DNA of 52,834 bases from Octopus bimaculoides (taxonomy: Eukaryota): the NCBI RefSeq assembly GCF_001194135.2, contig NC_068990.1, forward strand, positions 4,639,014-4,691,847, read 5' to 3'. Position numbers and translations under genes: made by a program. How positions within the stretch are numbered: position 1 is the stretch's first letter; every line of letters starts with the position of its first letter. Under the pieces are notes generated by a model that was given only the letters and a program-made list of their open reading frames with translations, was not told where the DNA came from and ran no database searches. This document shows positions 36,845 through 50,188 of this stretch, piece by piece.

Positions 36845-37964
36845 CTAATGACAATATAAATCATGAACCATTTGACGAGTTGTTCGATACCTTATCAATT
36901 TAGGCATCTGTGATTCTTACTTGAATAACACTTGATTAATATCATTTTAGATATTGATGACAAAGAGAATTATGAAAACTTGTTAATATAAGTAGACACT
37001 GAATTCACTGAATGCATATAACAACATACAAGCGTTTCTATTTTTCATCTTCAAATATTTGTCAGTTAATTTATCACTTTCTCTCCTATAAATCTTCATC
37101 TCTCTCAGACATTTTCTGCATCATTGTGCAATAATCTGGATGCAAATTAAAGCCAAGTTCTTAAAATATATAGTAACATTTTGAAAGCAATATAATCTTC
37201 CGTGATTTAATATGAATACATGATAGCAAAGTTGTCATGGTGCTGAGCACTTGATTCAAAATTTTGATCAGTAGAAAACTGAAAATAAAGACTTCAATTT
37301 ATTTCATTGGAAATGAGATGCTATTTTCATTCTTCATTCTTGGGTTAAAGTGGTGGATGTTCAGAAAGCTATTCAACAATCAAACACACAATCCACAGAC
37401 ATTCATTCTTATTTTTATTTAACTTCATTTTCAAATACATTAGTGACTGAGATAGATTTGACTGACCATGTTTACAAGGAAACAGAATTATTAAATGAAG
37501 CAGAGACTTTGCTGATTTAAGGCTATAACTTTTGGTATATTATATTAAATTGGGTTGTCACTGCCACTGCTACCATTGCTGTCATCATCATCGTCGTCGT
37601 CTTCGTCATCATCACCATCATCATTGTCATTATTAAACATCCCCTCTCAATGATAGGATAGGTCAGACGGTTTGATAGAATCCAACAAGCTGCATCATGC
37701 TCCACTCTCTATTACTGCATGGTTTCTACAGCAGAGTACTCTTCCTAAAGGCAACCGTTTTACATAGTATGCTAGGTACTTTTCGTGGACGAGCACTTGT
37801 GAGGTTGCCTTGCAACATGCAAGGCTAAAGGCTGAAGGGGCTCCCATAACTGAAGAAAAGTGTGAGACAGACAGACATACAGACAGACAGAGACAGAGAG
37901 ACAGATAGACAGACAGATAGATAGATGGATAAATAAATGTTCAAAGAAGAACAAAGAGTAGTGA

Positions 37965-38185
37965 TCTGATTTCTCTGGTCGGGAGGTGTGTCAGGTACTG
38001 AAATTCATTGGAGGCTTTTAGCACAATATGGAGACGATGCACTACTGCATAGAAGTATGTATGAGTGGATCAAAGAAGCTTAAAAGTGGCTGGATAAGCA
38101 TAACACACAAAGAGGGAGCAGGATGCCCATCAACCTACACAACTGATGAGAAGATTCAGCAAGCCTGAGAGATGGTAATGGTGAA
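37965..38185 (+). mobile_element. Mariner transposase N-terminal (HTH) fragment, degraded
   Basis: WSGGVSGTEIHWRLLAQYGDDALLHRSMYEWIK/LKSGWISITHKEGAGCPSTYTTDEKIQQA*EMV matches the mariner EIH.RL..QYG...L..RSVYEW...FK.G..S......GRPST pattern. Confidence 0.8.
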
Positions 38186-38485
38186 CCGGTTCATCATTAC
38201 CATCTCTCAGATCACTGCTCTTTGTTCTTCTTTGGTGCACATTGCTAGTCGAGCGTCCATGCTTACCCTGTAAAACCAGAGAGAAAAATGGCATGATCAG
38301 GCTCAAACTATGATCACATGACCACAAAAGTACCAACTATAAGCACACATGCGCAGAAGGCAGTGTGAAAATAATAAAGATAGGTTATAATGAAAGTGTG
38401 GATAATTTTTTACTTCCCCTAATCATTTATACACGTTCCCACACACGTATACATGCATTCATACACCAAACTACATTTACATATG

Positions 38486-38520
<35 letters not shown>

Positions 38521-38599
38521 ATTTGAAAAATATATAGTAATGCACAAAGAACTTTCTTTTTATTATTCTACTACATATATATATATACACACACACACA

Positions 38600-38970
38600 C
38601 ACATTTGTAACTTGTTTCTGTCATTAGACTGTGGCCATTCTGGGACACCACCTTGAAGAATTTTTAACCAAATGAATCAAACTCCAAGACATATTTTTTA
38701 AGCTTAGTACTTATTCTATCGATCTCTTTTGCCAAACTGCTCAGTTATAGGGACATAAACACACCAAAGCTGGCTGTCAAGCGGTGTGGGTGACAAACAC
38801 AGCCACAAACACACACGCATGAAAGGCTCCTTTCAGTTTTTGTCTCCCATATTCATTCACATAGCTTTGGTCAACCCCAAACTATTGCTGTAGACACTTG
38901 CTCAAGGTGCTACACAATGTGACTGAAGTCGGAGTCATGTGGTTGAGAAGTAAACTTCTTAGCACACATC
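38600..38970 (-). mobile_element. SINE family A, diverged copy
   Basis: ttgtttctgtcattagactgtggccattctgg...ctttcagtttt...gtagacacttgctcaaggtgc. Confidence 0.8.
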
Positions 38971-39169
38971 TGTTTGTTTCTATATGTGTGTGTGTGTGTG
39001 TGTGCGTGTAGAAGTTGAGGATTCAAGTGAATCAGGTCCTTAAATAGAAAAGCACCAAGGTTGGGTCAATAAAATCATGTACAAAACAAAATTAGGGGAA
39101 CATATATGTACATACTGAAGTAAAGACGGATTTGTATTCCAGTTGCATGTACAATTACAAGCATCTTAC

Positions 39170-39253
39170 TGAATATACCACGAGTCTCAAGGCTGCACCT
39201 AGGTACAAACACTGCATCAATTGTAATGCATTCAACAGACCCCCAGACCCATG
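39170..39253 (-). CDS. Candidate exon (x)WVWGSVECITIDAVFVPRCSLETRGIF, phase 1 to 1 (strand ambiguous)
   Basis: Donor CA|GTAAGA, acceptor ggaacctgcaattAG downstream of a pyrimidine tract; GC-rich; a plus-strand exon 39143-39270 is also possible. Confidence 0.35.
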
Positions 39254-39371
39254 CTAATTGCAGGTTCCGAGTAAGGTGAATAATAAGCAAATAACAACAG
39301 ATGGATAGTGGTTCACTCACTACAGCTGTTTTAAACATGTTTTTTTTACTGATGAATAGAGTTATTTCATC

Positions 39372-39513
39372 ATTTGAATAACTCTGTTCATATATGCATC
39401 AGGTGAATATACGCACAAATTAAACATTTAAAAATATTTAAATGTTATTTATTTGAATAACTCTATTCATATATGCATCAGGTGAATATATGCACAAATT
39501 AAACATTTAAAAA
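39372..39513. repeat. Direct tandem duplication, period 79 bp
   Basis: atttgaataactct(g/a)ttcatatatgcatcaggtgaatata(c/t)gcacaaattaaacatttaaaaa at 39372 and 39451. Confidence 0.95.
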
Positions 39514-40084
39514 AAATATCCCATGAATCCAAGTATGTGCCATTTCATGACTCCCTAATGATTTTCAGCTAGAGATAATTTAATTACATTAGTTTCTAGT
39601 TTATAAAGGAGAATAATTAAGGTGACAGGACTGGGGAGGAGAGTGAAAAGTTGTTGTAGTAGAAGGATAAATATGAAATAGGGAATAAGAATATGATATT
39701 GCACTCAAATTCCTAAAAGATAAGGTTATTTCATTTTATTTTTTATCTTTAAATAGCTGGACAACAGAGTTCTGGTTGAAAAGAGACAATAAAAGACAAT
39801 AAGAACCTACAACAAGAAGATTCATTATAATAAACCTATTATTACATACATATTTGTTTGTAAACATACATATTTGTTTGTATACAAAGATAAAGGAAAA
39901 TATAATAACAAATCGGCATACACATGTCAAGACACATCTCTATATCATCACATATATACAATAATGAAACATACATAAAGCATAGATTTCAAATTACATA
40001 AAGTTATACACACTGACCTACACATACACCTATATACATACTAACTCCCAACTATATATATATATATTTGCCTGTATAACCATA

Positions 40085-40125
<41 letters not shown>

Positions 40126-40209
40126 GAATATATATATGAATATATATATATATATATATATATGGGAGTNNNNNNNNNNNNNNNNNNNNNNNNNNNNNNN
40201 NNNNNNNNN

Positions 40210-40247
<38 letters not shown>

Positions 40248-40283
40248 TATATATAAAATTTGAATAATAAGGGTGATAATTTG

Positions 40284-40700
40284 GATATTAATTCAATTAA
40301 CACCAATTTAAAACCAGTGATCAAGCATAAAGAAAATTCTGAAAATTCAGAAAAATTATATTACATACATGTGAGATGGGATGACAACTAAGTGGACATC
40401 CTTTACGCTAGAAATCGAACATCAACGATCAAACCACGAAAGAAAAGAATGTTCTCCAGGGAAATTCAGCATGCACTAGAACATGAACGGGCAAGACAAA
40501 TGAAAATATACAAAATAAGGAATTAGACATGTGTACAGTTCTACATTGGAGTTATTTTCAAAAGTCTCAGCTCTGGTGCAAAGGATGTCCACTTAGTGGT
40601 CATCCCTTCTCACATGTATGTAATATAATTTTTCTGAATTTTCAGAATTTTCTTTATGCTAGGCCACTGGTTTTAAATTGGTGTTAATTAAATTAATATC
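40284..40700. mobile_element. MITE/fold-back element with ~129-bp terminal inverted repeats and ~160-bp spacer
   Basis: 40284-40412 is near-perfectly complementary to 40572-40700 (aaagaaaattctgaaaattcagaaaaattatattacatacatgtgaga / tctcacatgtatgtaatataatttttctgaattttcagaattttcttt). Confidence 0.8.
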
Positions 40701-40865
40701 AAAGCCTTTACAAAAACAATTTAACATGAAACCAAACGATTGCTCAATAGATTTTGGATACGTTTATTAAATTTTTGTAAGGAAATGGTTAACAGTAACT
40801 TTGAGGTTTTGGTAAGTTAAAGCTTCAAAGTCATAATCAACCCTCTTGCCTTATAAATACATAAC

Positions 40866-40869
40866 ACGC

Positions 40870-40925
<56 letters not shown>

Positions 40926-40958
40926 ACAGACACAGACACACACACACACACACACACA
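40866..40958. repeat. (CA)n microsatellite
   Basis: Direct inspection. Confidence 0.97.
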
Positions 40959-41299
40959 TCTATATAATTTAGTATACAGAGTATTTGAATTCAATTTATT
41001 ATTAATTTCATACTCTGGAAATGCAATAAACTGACAAGCTTGTATATCATGTCTTGTGTTTCCAAGAAATCTTTCTGAACCAAATATGCGAGATGGCTGA
41101 TCATTTTTGAAAACAACCAGCCATGTTGTATATTTGATTCCAAAAGATTGCTTGAAAGTGCAAGGCATGCTATACAAGCTTGTCAGTTTATTTTGTTTTC
41201 ACAGCATGGAACTTACAGTAGTTTGAATTTAAATACTGTGTATGCTAAATGATATTGATCGTCTCCTGGATGGTATACTGTTTTTGATAATCTCACAAA

Positions 41300-41672
41300 T
41301 ACATTAAATTTCATAATGGATGGGACTTGTGGAAGAGGAAAACCCCAAAAAGCATGGGATGAAGTACTAATGGCTGATCTCAAGACACTGAGCCTTACAA
41401 AGGAATTGACAAAGGACTGAGATATCTGACACCTTACTGTACTCAAGAAGACCCATTCACATCAGAATTGATACTGGTGCAGGTGTTACATAAAAGGCAC
41501 CCAGTACACTTTGTGGAGTGGTTGACATTAAGAAGGGTATCCAGCCATAGAAACCATTCCAGAACAGACAATGGAGTCTGGTGTGGCCCATGGCCTTACC
41601 AGCTCTGGTCAAACTGTCCAACCCATGCCAGCATGGAAAATTGATATTAGATAATGATGATGATGATGATGA

Positions 41673-41675
<3 letters not shown>
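41300..41675 (+). mobile_element. RTE LINE 3' end: ORF C-terminus, 3' UTR and (GAT)n tail
   Basis: MDGTCGRGKPQKAWDEVLMADLKTLSLTKELTKD (GRGRP.K.W motif) followed by the gaagggtatccagcc...gcatggaaa-(gat)n tail, linking the tail family to RTE. Confidence 0.85.
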
Positions 41676-41771
<96 letters not shown>

Positions 41772-41949
41772 AGGATAGAAAGACAGATAGATAGATGGAT
41801 AAATGAATAAATAAATGTTGACATACATAAATATAAATACATTAACACATATTAAGGTCCTTCGTTTCAATGCATATTTTTGTCACATGTGGTTTGGTCT
41901 TCTGCAGCACTGAATATTACAATTTTTTTGTATTTTCTGAGATGAAACA

Positions 41950-42385
41950 TCATCAAGTAAGCCTTTACCACATTATTCTGTCTTCCTCTTCCACAGGATC
42001 CACTAACTTGGAGTACATAGCATTTACTTATGTAGCACTCACTCTCCATGCATATCATGTGCCCATATTGACACAGACTTCTCTCTTGCACACTACATCT
42101 GATTCCCCTTTATGCAGTGTTTCCCTTGGCTCATTTGTATTCTGGAGTTCATGTTCAGAGACATAACACATATATCATAGCTTGCTTCATTCTTTCTTGC
42201 CTATGCAAATCTTCTGCATTCAAAACCTATGTCTCACTACCATACAGCATCACAGTTTGAACATCATACAATGTGCTCTTCTTTCTGAGGGAGAAGGCCT
42301 TTGAGGCAATAGAGGTAATAGCTCACTAGACTTTCCAGCCGGTTCTTACCCTTGCTACTATACTTGCAGAGCAATTAATTCTATC
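41950..42385 (-). mobile_element. Degraded RTE LINE 3' ORF fragment
   Basis: Minus strand gives SIVARVRTGWKV*(fs)ELLPLL-like text matching the end of 35157-35785, and ends near GSCGRGRQ. Confidence 0.65.
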
Positions 42386-42403
42386 TCTCACATAAGGAGG
42401 TGG

Positions 42404-42790
42404 AGGCATAGCTGTAAAGTTTAGATGTGATTTGGGGATCAGTCCCACTGTGCAACATCTTGGGAAGTACCTATTACTATGACCCTGGGCCAACTGATGC
42501 CTTGTGAATTAAATTGATAAATGGAAACTATGGAAGCTGGTCATATATAGATAAGTGTGTGTTGTGTGCATGTCTTTGATTTTGTCCCCTCCCTCTATTA
42601 ATTGATACCTAGTGCTGGTTGATTTATGTCTAATTAACATAGCAGTTTGGCAAAAAGAGATTGATAGAATAAGTACGACCAGATTTTAAGTCTCAGGGTC
42701 AATATGCTTGACAAAACCTTTCAAGACATTGCTTCAGTATGGTTGCAGTCCAATGACTGAAACATGTAAAAGAACGAAAGAATAAAAGAA
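42404..42790 (+). mobile_element. SINE family A, diverged full-length copy
   Basis: ggaggcatagctgtaaag...tcagtcccactg...catcttgggaag...aatgactgaaacatgtaaaagaacgaaagaataaaag. Confidence 0.75.
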
Positions 42791-43057
42791 TAAGTATAAA
42801 TGTAAATTATGAAGCACAATCTTGACATGAACTACAACACTTTTGACAAAAAGATATATACAGTGAAGAAAATAAGTAATGTATCGGTGTGACGACATAG
42901 TGAGGTGGGGGTAGATCCATTCCCAGGCTGGCTTTTCATTCATTTTGTTTTAGGCTTTTTTTTTCTCATTAGCTCCAGTGGGATAACTTTTGAGACGTTA
43001 TGTTTTAACATACTAAAGAAACAACAAAATTTACAGTAATTTGCCTGTTCTACTTAC

Positions 43058-43094
43058 AACTCTCAAAACTTGAAATAGGATTGGTCTCTCTATT
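43058..43094 (-). CDS. 37-bp exon (NRETNPISSFES or IERPILFQVLRV)
   Basis: Very strong acceptor ttatttttcttgtttcattctgttttcttcAG and donor |GTAAGT; two open frames. Confidence 0.5.
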
Positions 43095-44695
43095 CTGAAG
43101 AAAACAGAATGAAACAAGAAAAATAACCAACCATTCTTTGTGGCAGAACCGAATGGTAAGGTTAAACTGGTTAAATGACTTTGTAGTCAGAAGTTCACTT
43201 TGTTAATCACATAGCCTTAGGAAAGGAAAAAAAATTCACTTTAATGAGAATTATAATGGGAAAAAAATATTCTTAGGAAATAAAATCTTTTCTTTCACCT
43301 GATTATATAAATTAAAGATACATCACTCAATTGAACAAGCATTCAATCTCAGAATCAAAACCAGGCTGCAGATTGTATCCACTAATAACTTATTGCTACT
43401 TCTTTAAACTGTTTCCCTTAAAATTAATATTGATATGTAAATGTGTCAAAGAAAGTGTTAGATGTAGTCTTAATGATTACGTTGAGGAATATCTCATTTT
43501 ATTATGTACAAACAATTCTTCAATCATACAAACAATATTGATTTTTCCACAACTTGTAATGCAAGCTCTAAAAGCATTTGTCTTGTTCATTTTAATTTAA
43601 AGGAAATTCTAACTTAATGACTATTTGATTTCCTATAAGATAAACTTCCTACCACATTTTCAGGCACTTCATGAACTTATGCTCGGAGTAATAAAAAAAA
43701 TGTATTTTTATTCATTTATTTATCTATTTATTTAATTTCCAAATTTTAAGGATTTATTTCTATTTTATCTTTCTGCTAAATTTCTTATATTTTTACTTCC
43801 TTTTTTTTAAAAAAAAATTCATTTACTATAATACTATCCGAATGTGCTGATCATATTGTTAAATTCTAGTAAACAACATACTCAATTCTAAATTAAACCA
43901 ATTCATTCTTATTTGAATGGGTTGCATTAGTATAATTGTTCCATGTCAAGGGGTAGGATGGCTGCATGCACTTTGTGTAGTCCACCAGTTCAAAGCTTAA
44001 TAGTTCAAACTCACTGCTGAGTTTCACTGAATCTCATTGGCCTGGTCACTTTATTCACTATATACACACTGGTCATTGTCATCAGCTGCAACAGCAATGG
44101 CATCATTTTAAATCCACTTTCCATGCTGATTTGGGTGAGGATAATCTGACTCCTTATTTATTGAGAACTACTGCTCTCATTGACTGGTGTTGGCTTGGTC
44201 TCTTCAGCTGCATGTCCTTCCTGTTGCCAGTCACTTTACAAAGTGTATTGGGTGTATATTTTTATAACACCAATACTAGAGAGATTGATAAGTCCTCGGT
44301 AAGACAAGACAAAAGGAACCTCAGAGCCCTAAGCTTTTCCGCTTGTTTGCCAACAACTGTAGAGTGCGTAGTGGATTTAGTTTTCATGGTTCCAGCACTA
44401 GGGCGGCTAAGTTCTCAGCGAGAGAGGATTAAGGGGCATCTCAGCCATACATATATCTCTGCTCACTCATTGACAAAGAAAGGGTTTTCTACCGTGGTAC
44501 CAGCACTGGTGATGTTTTTGCACACTTTAAGTGCAGAGAGTACTCAGTAACCTAAGCCATGCACTTTTTGCTCATGTAAAGTGAGAAGAGGAAGACTAGA
44601 ATGGTAGTAAAGTGGACTATTTGTTGTCCGCAAGCATCACATCAGCCCCACCTAAAATTTGGAACTAGGAATGTTATACTTAATGCACTAGAACA

Positions 44696-44741
<46 letters not shown>

Positions 44742-44952
44742 ATTGGAAGAACGAGAGGGGAAAGAGAGAGATATAGTAGTAACAGAAGGAAGAACGAGAG
44801 GGGTAAAGAGAGATACGTAGTAGTAACAGAGGTAAAACGAGAGGGGGAAAAAGTGATAGAGAAAGAGATAGAGTCGCGTCAGAAAATATAAAGTAGAAAA
44901 AACTACTTACAACAGGGATGAAGCAGGCGTTCGATCATGTAAAACAAATAAT

Positions 44953-45038
44953 AAACAAGACAGGAAAACAAACGGAAAAGAAAACAAGACAGGAAAACAA
45001 ACGGAAAAGAAAACAAGACAGGAAAACAAACGGAAAAG
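44953..45038. repeat. 29-bp tandem repeat x3 (aaacaagacaggaaaacaaacggaaaaga)
   Basis: Copies start at 44953, 44982 and 45011. Confidence 0.95.
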
Positions 45039-46880
45039 GCTATGCGGCCAGACGTGAAAAATTATGTGTATACGAATGCTGTGAGGCACGAACTGAAAGT
45101 AGGGACGAAGTAAGTTCGCATGTTTGCTCGGCGATAGCCAAGGAAACACATGTATACATGTACACACACACATATATATACACGTACGTGTGAAGGCACA
45201 TGGGCTAATGGTTTGGTACGTTGTAGCCATGATCATAGGATCATGGTTTCAATTCCCAGACTGGCTGTGCTTTGTGACTAGTGATGTATAGCATCTGATA
45301 ATCTAGTCGATCCCTTGATTACATGATATATGTATGTACAGACGCATATATATATAGATATATATATATGCACATACATACACACACATCTACACACATA
45401 TACATATGTGCCTATATGCCAATGCCTCTATACACACACACAGATACAATGTACTCTCATTCTTCTTATTATGTGAAAATACATCACTTCATTACTTCAT
45501 TAAATGTAACTTGTCGGATTCACTATTTAAATGTTCAGTGAAAATTGTACAAAATATGATTAAATAATACATTTTTATATATTTGTTCGATAAAGACCAG
45601 GTTTATTTATTCATTTTTTTTCTGTTATTTATATTGTAACATAACAAGATATTTCAAGCCTGTTCATGCTAAGACTGAAAAACTGAACCGTTCATATAAA
45701 TGTTTATGATAAAATTTAAATCAATAATACAGTTTATACCAAAAAACATCATATTGATGTAAAGCCATAAAAAAAATACAAAAAAAAGTAGAGCAAAACT
45801 AACTTCTGAAATTTAATTTTACTGACATTTTGGCTTTGTATTTATATTTTTTCGAGTAAACAGTAATTTGCTCATCATTCATTCTAATAAGAGACTATTC
45901 AAAGCAATAGTGAAATTAACTGGGAATCAGTTTAAAATATTGAGCAAAAAAGTTTAACAATAATGTTGTGTGGCATTTTTCTAAATAAATTGGCTTTATT
46001 GACTCTTTAGATAGATTGATAGATTGAATGAGATTGACAGAGTAAGAAAAAAAGAAAATGAGAAGAATGGAAGATGCTGAGTGAGAATGATAAAAAATGA
46101 ATAAAAAAGGAGAGAACTAGAGAGAGAGGGGAGGATGAGATTAAGAGAGGTTTTGAACGACAAAGTGATATTTGTGTGTAAACAATGTAATATGTAACTT
46201 TGTGATTAAATTTCATTTGTATTTTTATGGTTGTAGATAGTATCAAATAAGCACAACAGTTCTCATAAAAATCAAACAAACAATATTTATCATTAAATGT
46301 AAAACATTTGCTTCATGAGAAGGCAGTTAATAGTTAGAGAGAAAATGTGACTAAAAGATAATTTTTATATGCTTAAATACTTGGTGTATTTTTCTTGTTT
46401 TTAAAAATGTATAGGATGAGCACCGTAGACTTTTTGTCATTCTAATTCCTTGTCGGTACAACTAGATGGAAAGATGTTGCAAATTTTAAAGTGTAACTAG
46501 AGAAAGGTGTTATTCATTAATTATTATACAAAATCGCTTAAATGAACTGCATATTGATTGATCACTTTATATATTTTTAGCAGAATCATTTATATATGAA
46601 GAACACAGGATCCAAATGAAAGCATTTCATCAGTATTCCCTTTGATTCTTTTCCGTTTGAAAGACACACAAAAGAAATGCAAAAATTCTTCAAGAATTTT
46701 CAATTGAATCAAACTTTCCTGATACAGAGTAAACATTTTCAAGAAAATGCAGAAGTTTTTGTTCATTTTTTTGTCACCAATTGCATGAATTATATGAACT
46801 TAACATTTTGACAGTGCATATAAAGAGATAGTAGGTTGCTAAAGATGCTTGACACTTCTCACAGTGTCTTCATATTTTAC

Positions 46881-46936
46881 CATAAAATCTGAGTATTTTC
46901 TCCATGAGGCCTTGCCATCAAATTAAATGAAAGTGC
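46881..46936 (-). CDS. Candidate exon ALSFNLMARPHGENTQIL, phase 0 to 2
   Basis: Acceptor ccattaattcccctccAG, donor TG|GTAAAA, single open frame. Confidence 0.4.
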
Positions 46937-49596
46937 CTGGAGGGGAATTAATGGATATTAATGGATATCATTTCCAGAAACTCAGTATAAGTGACTAATA
47001 ATAAACACAAAAAATAATAGTTTATGTTAGTATGGCCAATTTAACTGATTCCAGGATAAATTTGTTAAACATTTATAAACTTAACTGATTGTAGCTTTGT
47101 AGACTCAAGTCTGCTGAAGGACAAGGTGAGATCCACAGATCTGAATATACCACACCTTCATCTAAATAGAAACATGCAATGATTCACTTTAGTAGTACAG
47201 AGCAGCAGTCAGAACATATTGAATATTTTTCTCTATCTAGTTTTGTTCCATATATTGTTGTTTTGCTCCATGACAGCCTTGAGTAAGCGAACCAGTCTCA
47301 GAAATCTAGGCATTATATATCTAGGACTACATTATCAAACACATGATTACTTTTTTGAAGATATTAGTTGTTATTCAAGGGAGATTTGGTTACTATTTCT
47401 AGCAGGTGAAGTGCTTGCATAGTGGATTCCTCATTGGCTAAGTATTTCTACAAACTACACTGAATCTTTTTAAACAGTATAACCTGCTAATCAAAAACGG
47501 AGCATGAATTAATTCAAGGTCACATAATTTTTGCTGTCTAATGATTCACACTGCCCTTAGCTTTGAGCAAAATGCTGAATTTGCAAGTATGCCTAATCCA
47601 TTACAGAATTAAAAAGAATTTCATCAAATGAAATAAAACAATCATATTATATTAGTAATATATGATAATGGTAAGTAGTTAAATTGTCTGATATAAGAGA
47701 TGAAAAAATACAAAAAACATTTGAAATATGAGAGTATTGGCATATTCAAGAGTAAACCAAAAGAAAAATAGATATAAATATATAATGAACTGGTTTCACA
47801 TTGTGTTTAATTTTTATGTAACAGTTAGTATTTCCATGGAAAACAGACAGACATGGTCGAGGTAGTAAATTGGTAATGTATCTTTCATGCAAACAAATCA
47901 TTTCATTCAAGCACAATGCACTTTCTTTTCTTCATGCGTTACATATATTCATGTGGGATATTACTGTAGACCCTTGCTATAAAATATAGCATACTGATTT
48001 CATCAATAAAACAGAAAGCCACTATCTACCTTTATCAGATGCAATACCATTATTATGATGGAGTATTTATAATGGACAAAGATTTATTAAGAGAAAGCCA
48101 CACACACACACACACACATGTTGCTCTTGCATTAGTAACTGTGGCTAACTGTGGTTATCTGTATGGTAGTCTCTGTTCAGAATACCACATAGATAACAGG
48201 AGAGTTCCTGGTTTGTGTATTTCCATTGGCACAACATTTTGTCCAATGCCAAGATATAAGATTTAAATTGTTCTGGTCATGTAACTGTAAATATATATAC
48301 CATAGGAAGGTACAATTCACTATTTAGACCGTAAATGCATAGTAAAATTGTTGCTTATTTTGTTACTTTTGCTGTAATGACTTCAAAATCTCCTACAAAT
48401 ATCACTTGTAGATGATTAGATTCCATCACAGTTACTCATTAATTCTTTTTATTTCAAATACAGGTGAAAGTCCACAAAATTAATATAGTATATTCACCTC
48501 AATAGCTGGGTTTTATTTTATTCACCAAACTATTTGAACTAAAAAGTAAAGAAAATGCTGTAACTACTGAATAGAGGAAATGAATATTGACAAGAAGACA
48601 ATAAATAAAAATGCAGGTCATCTCATCTATTACATTGTAATCAACATGACAAATATTCCTTTCTAATATGAATTTAACATTTAAATACAGAATTTGAATA
48701 TCAGTATTTAAATATCAAAAAATGTTTATTCTGTTTGCAAGAGACAAAATTATTTAGAGTTTACTTTCAAAATAAGTTTTATACATAATTTTGGACTTTA
48801 ATGCAATTTAAACATCTTGAATCTATAATATACACTAACAAATTAAAAAAATAAAATGTGGTATACAAATTCATAACCTCACAACAAAATTCAGGGATAA
48901 CATGGTTCTTAAAATCCAAATTCAATAGTCTTGTAAGAAACGTGTATTTGTTTGGTGCAAATTAGTCCTATTTGGTGACATGGAGTGAATGGTTATAACT
49001 AATGAGAACCTAAAACTCTCAAAGAAACTTTTCCTATTTTTACTCAATGTCATCACTTTATGTCCATTTTCCATGCTGGCATGTTGAATGGGTCTCTGTG
49101 TTTTGAGTCATTACTTATTAAGGGCCAGGGTTCTTATGGATTTGTGCATGTATATGCTATTTGGCTTGGTTTCAGCAAATGGACACTTTTCATACAAACA
49201 GACACATAACAGAGCATATTGGGTGCATTTTCTTATGACACCAGCACTACACAAGAGAAGTTGGTAAATTCTGAACAATACAGAACTAAGACCTCAAAAC
49301 CCTAAGCTTTCTCCCTTTCTCCTCTTCAATTGAATTTTGAAACAATATCAACTTTGCTTCCCATGATAACATGAAATAAACATATAACATAAAAGCTGTT
49401 ATTTACCTTACTTTGATTTAGCAGAAATAATTCACATGAATAATGAAAAGTAAAGTAAATCATTTTCTTTGTTATTCCAGTGAAATAAGCATCAATAGTA
49501 TACACAGTTTTTATCATATAATTAGTCATATTTAATATTTTTAATAATTTGTTTCTATAGCCAAGTGTCAAAATTAATTGTAAATCACACACATAT

Positions 49597-49657
<61 letters not shown>

Positions 49658-50102
49658 AACACACATTTTATATACTTTTTAAATTAACAATATTAACTAG
49701 TAGAATGTCAGCAAGAAGGATGATGAAAATCTAAAATATTTTTTTAAATAACCCTTAATTTTTGATGCCATTGTAATATTTTTGTGTTTTCATTTTGTTT
49801 TTTCATGGATATAGGGAAATGACCACAAAAAATTAAAATTCCATATTAGAACAAATTCTTTTAGTAATTGTAACCTCTCTTTTACAACCAGTTTGTGACA
49901 TTGTCCATTGGTATAAACTAAAGCTAATTGCATATTGTGATGAAGGATGCCCAGAAAATAATGGCCATAAAACTATTATTTCATGGACTAGCTAATAGTT
50001 TTGTTTTATGCATAGCATTAAAAAAAACAGATTTTGTTTTATGTTATGCATAAAATACGACACTTATCTCTGTGAACTGAAAACTTCACTGAGTTATATT
50101 AC

Positions 50103-50188
50103 TTTGATGAGAAGGAAATCCTTCAAAAGCAAAATCACTTGTAAAATTCTCAAACTGCTTCAAAATATCCTCATAAATTAGCAGACAA
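50103..50188 (-). CDS. Exon CLLIYEDILKQFENFTSDFAFEGFPSHQ, phase 2 to 1
   Basis: Strong acceptor ctgacattttctctgccttcttttAG with upstream branch-like ttaac/ctgac, donor AA|GTAATA, single open frame. Confidence 0.55.

Noticed and set aside
43331-43600. 89-aa plus-strand ORF, and a minus-strand exon ELALQVVEKSILF near 43520-43560
   Set aside because: No recognisable motif; TTG start; weak acceptor for the minus-strand option
46390-48570. Several further minus-strand exon-like pieces (KYLANEESTMQALHLLEI, DEGVVYSDLWISP, VTAFSLLFSSNSL)
   Set aside because: Plausible but each has a weak site or ambiguous frame; apparent MEI1-like matches conflicted with other placements, indicating over-fitting
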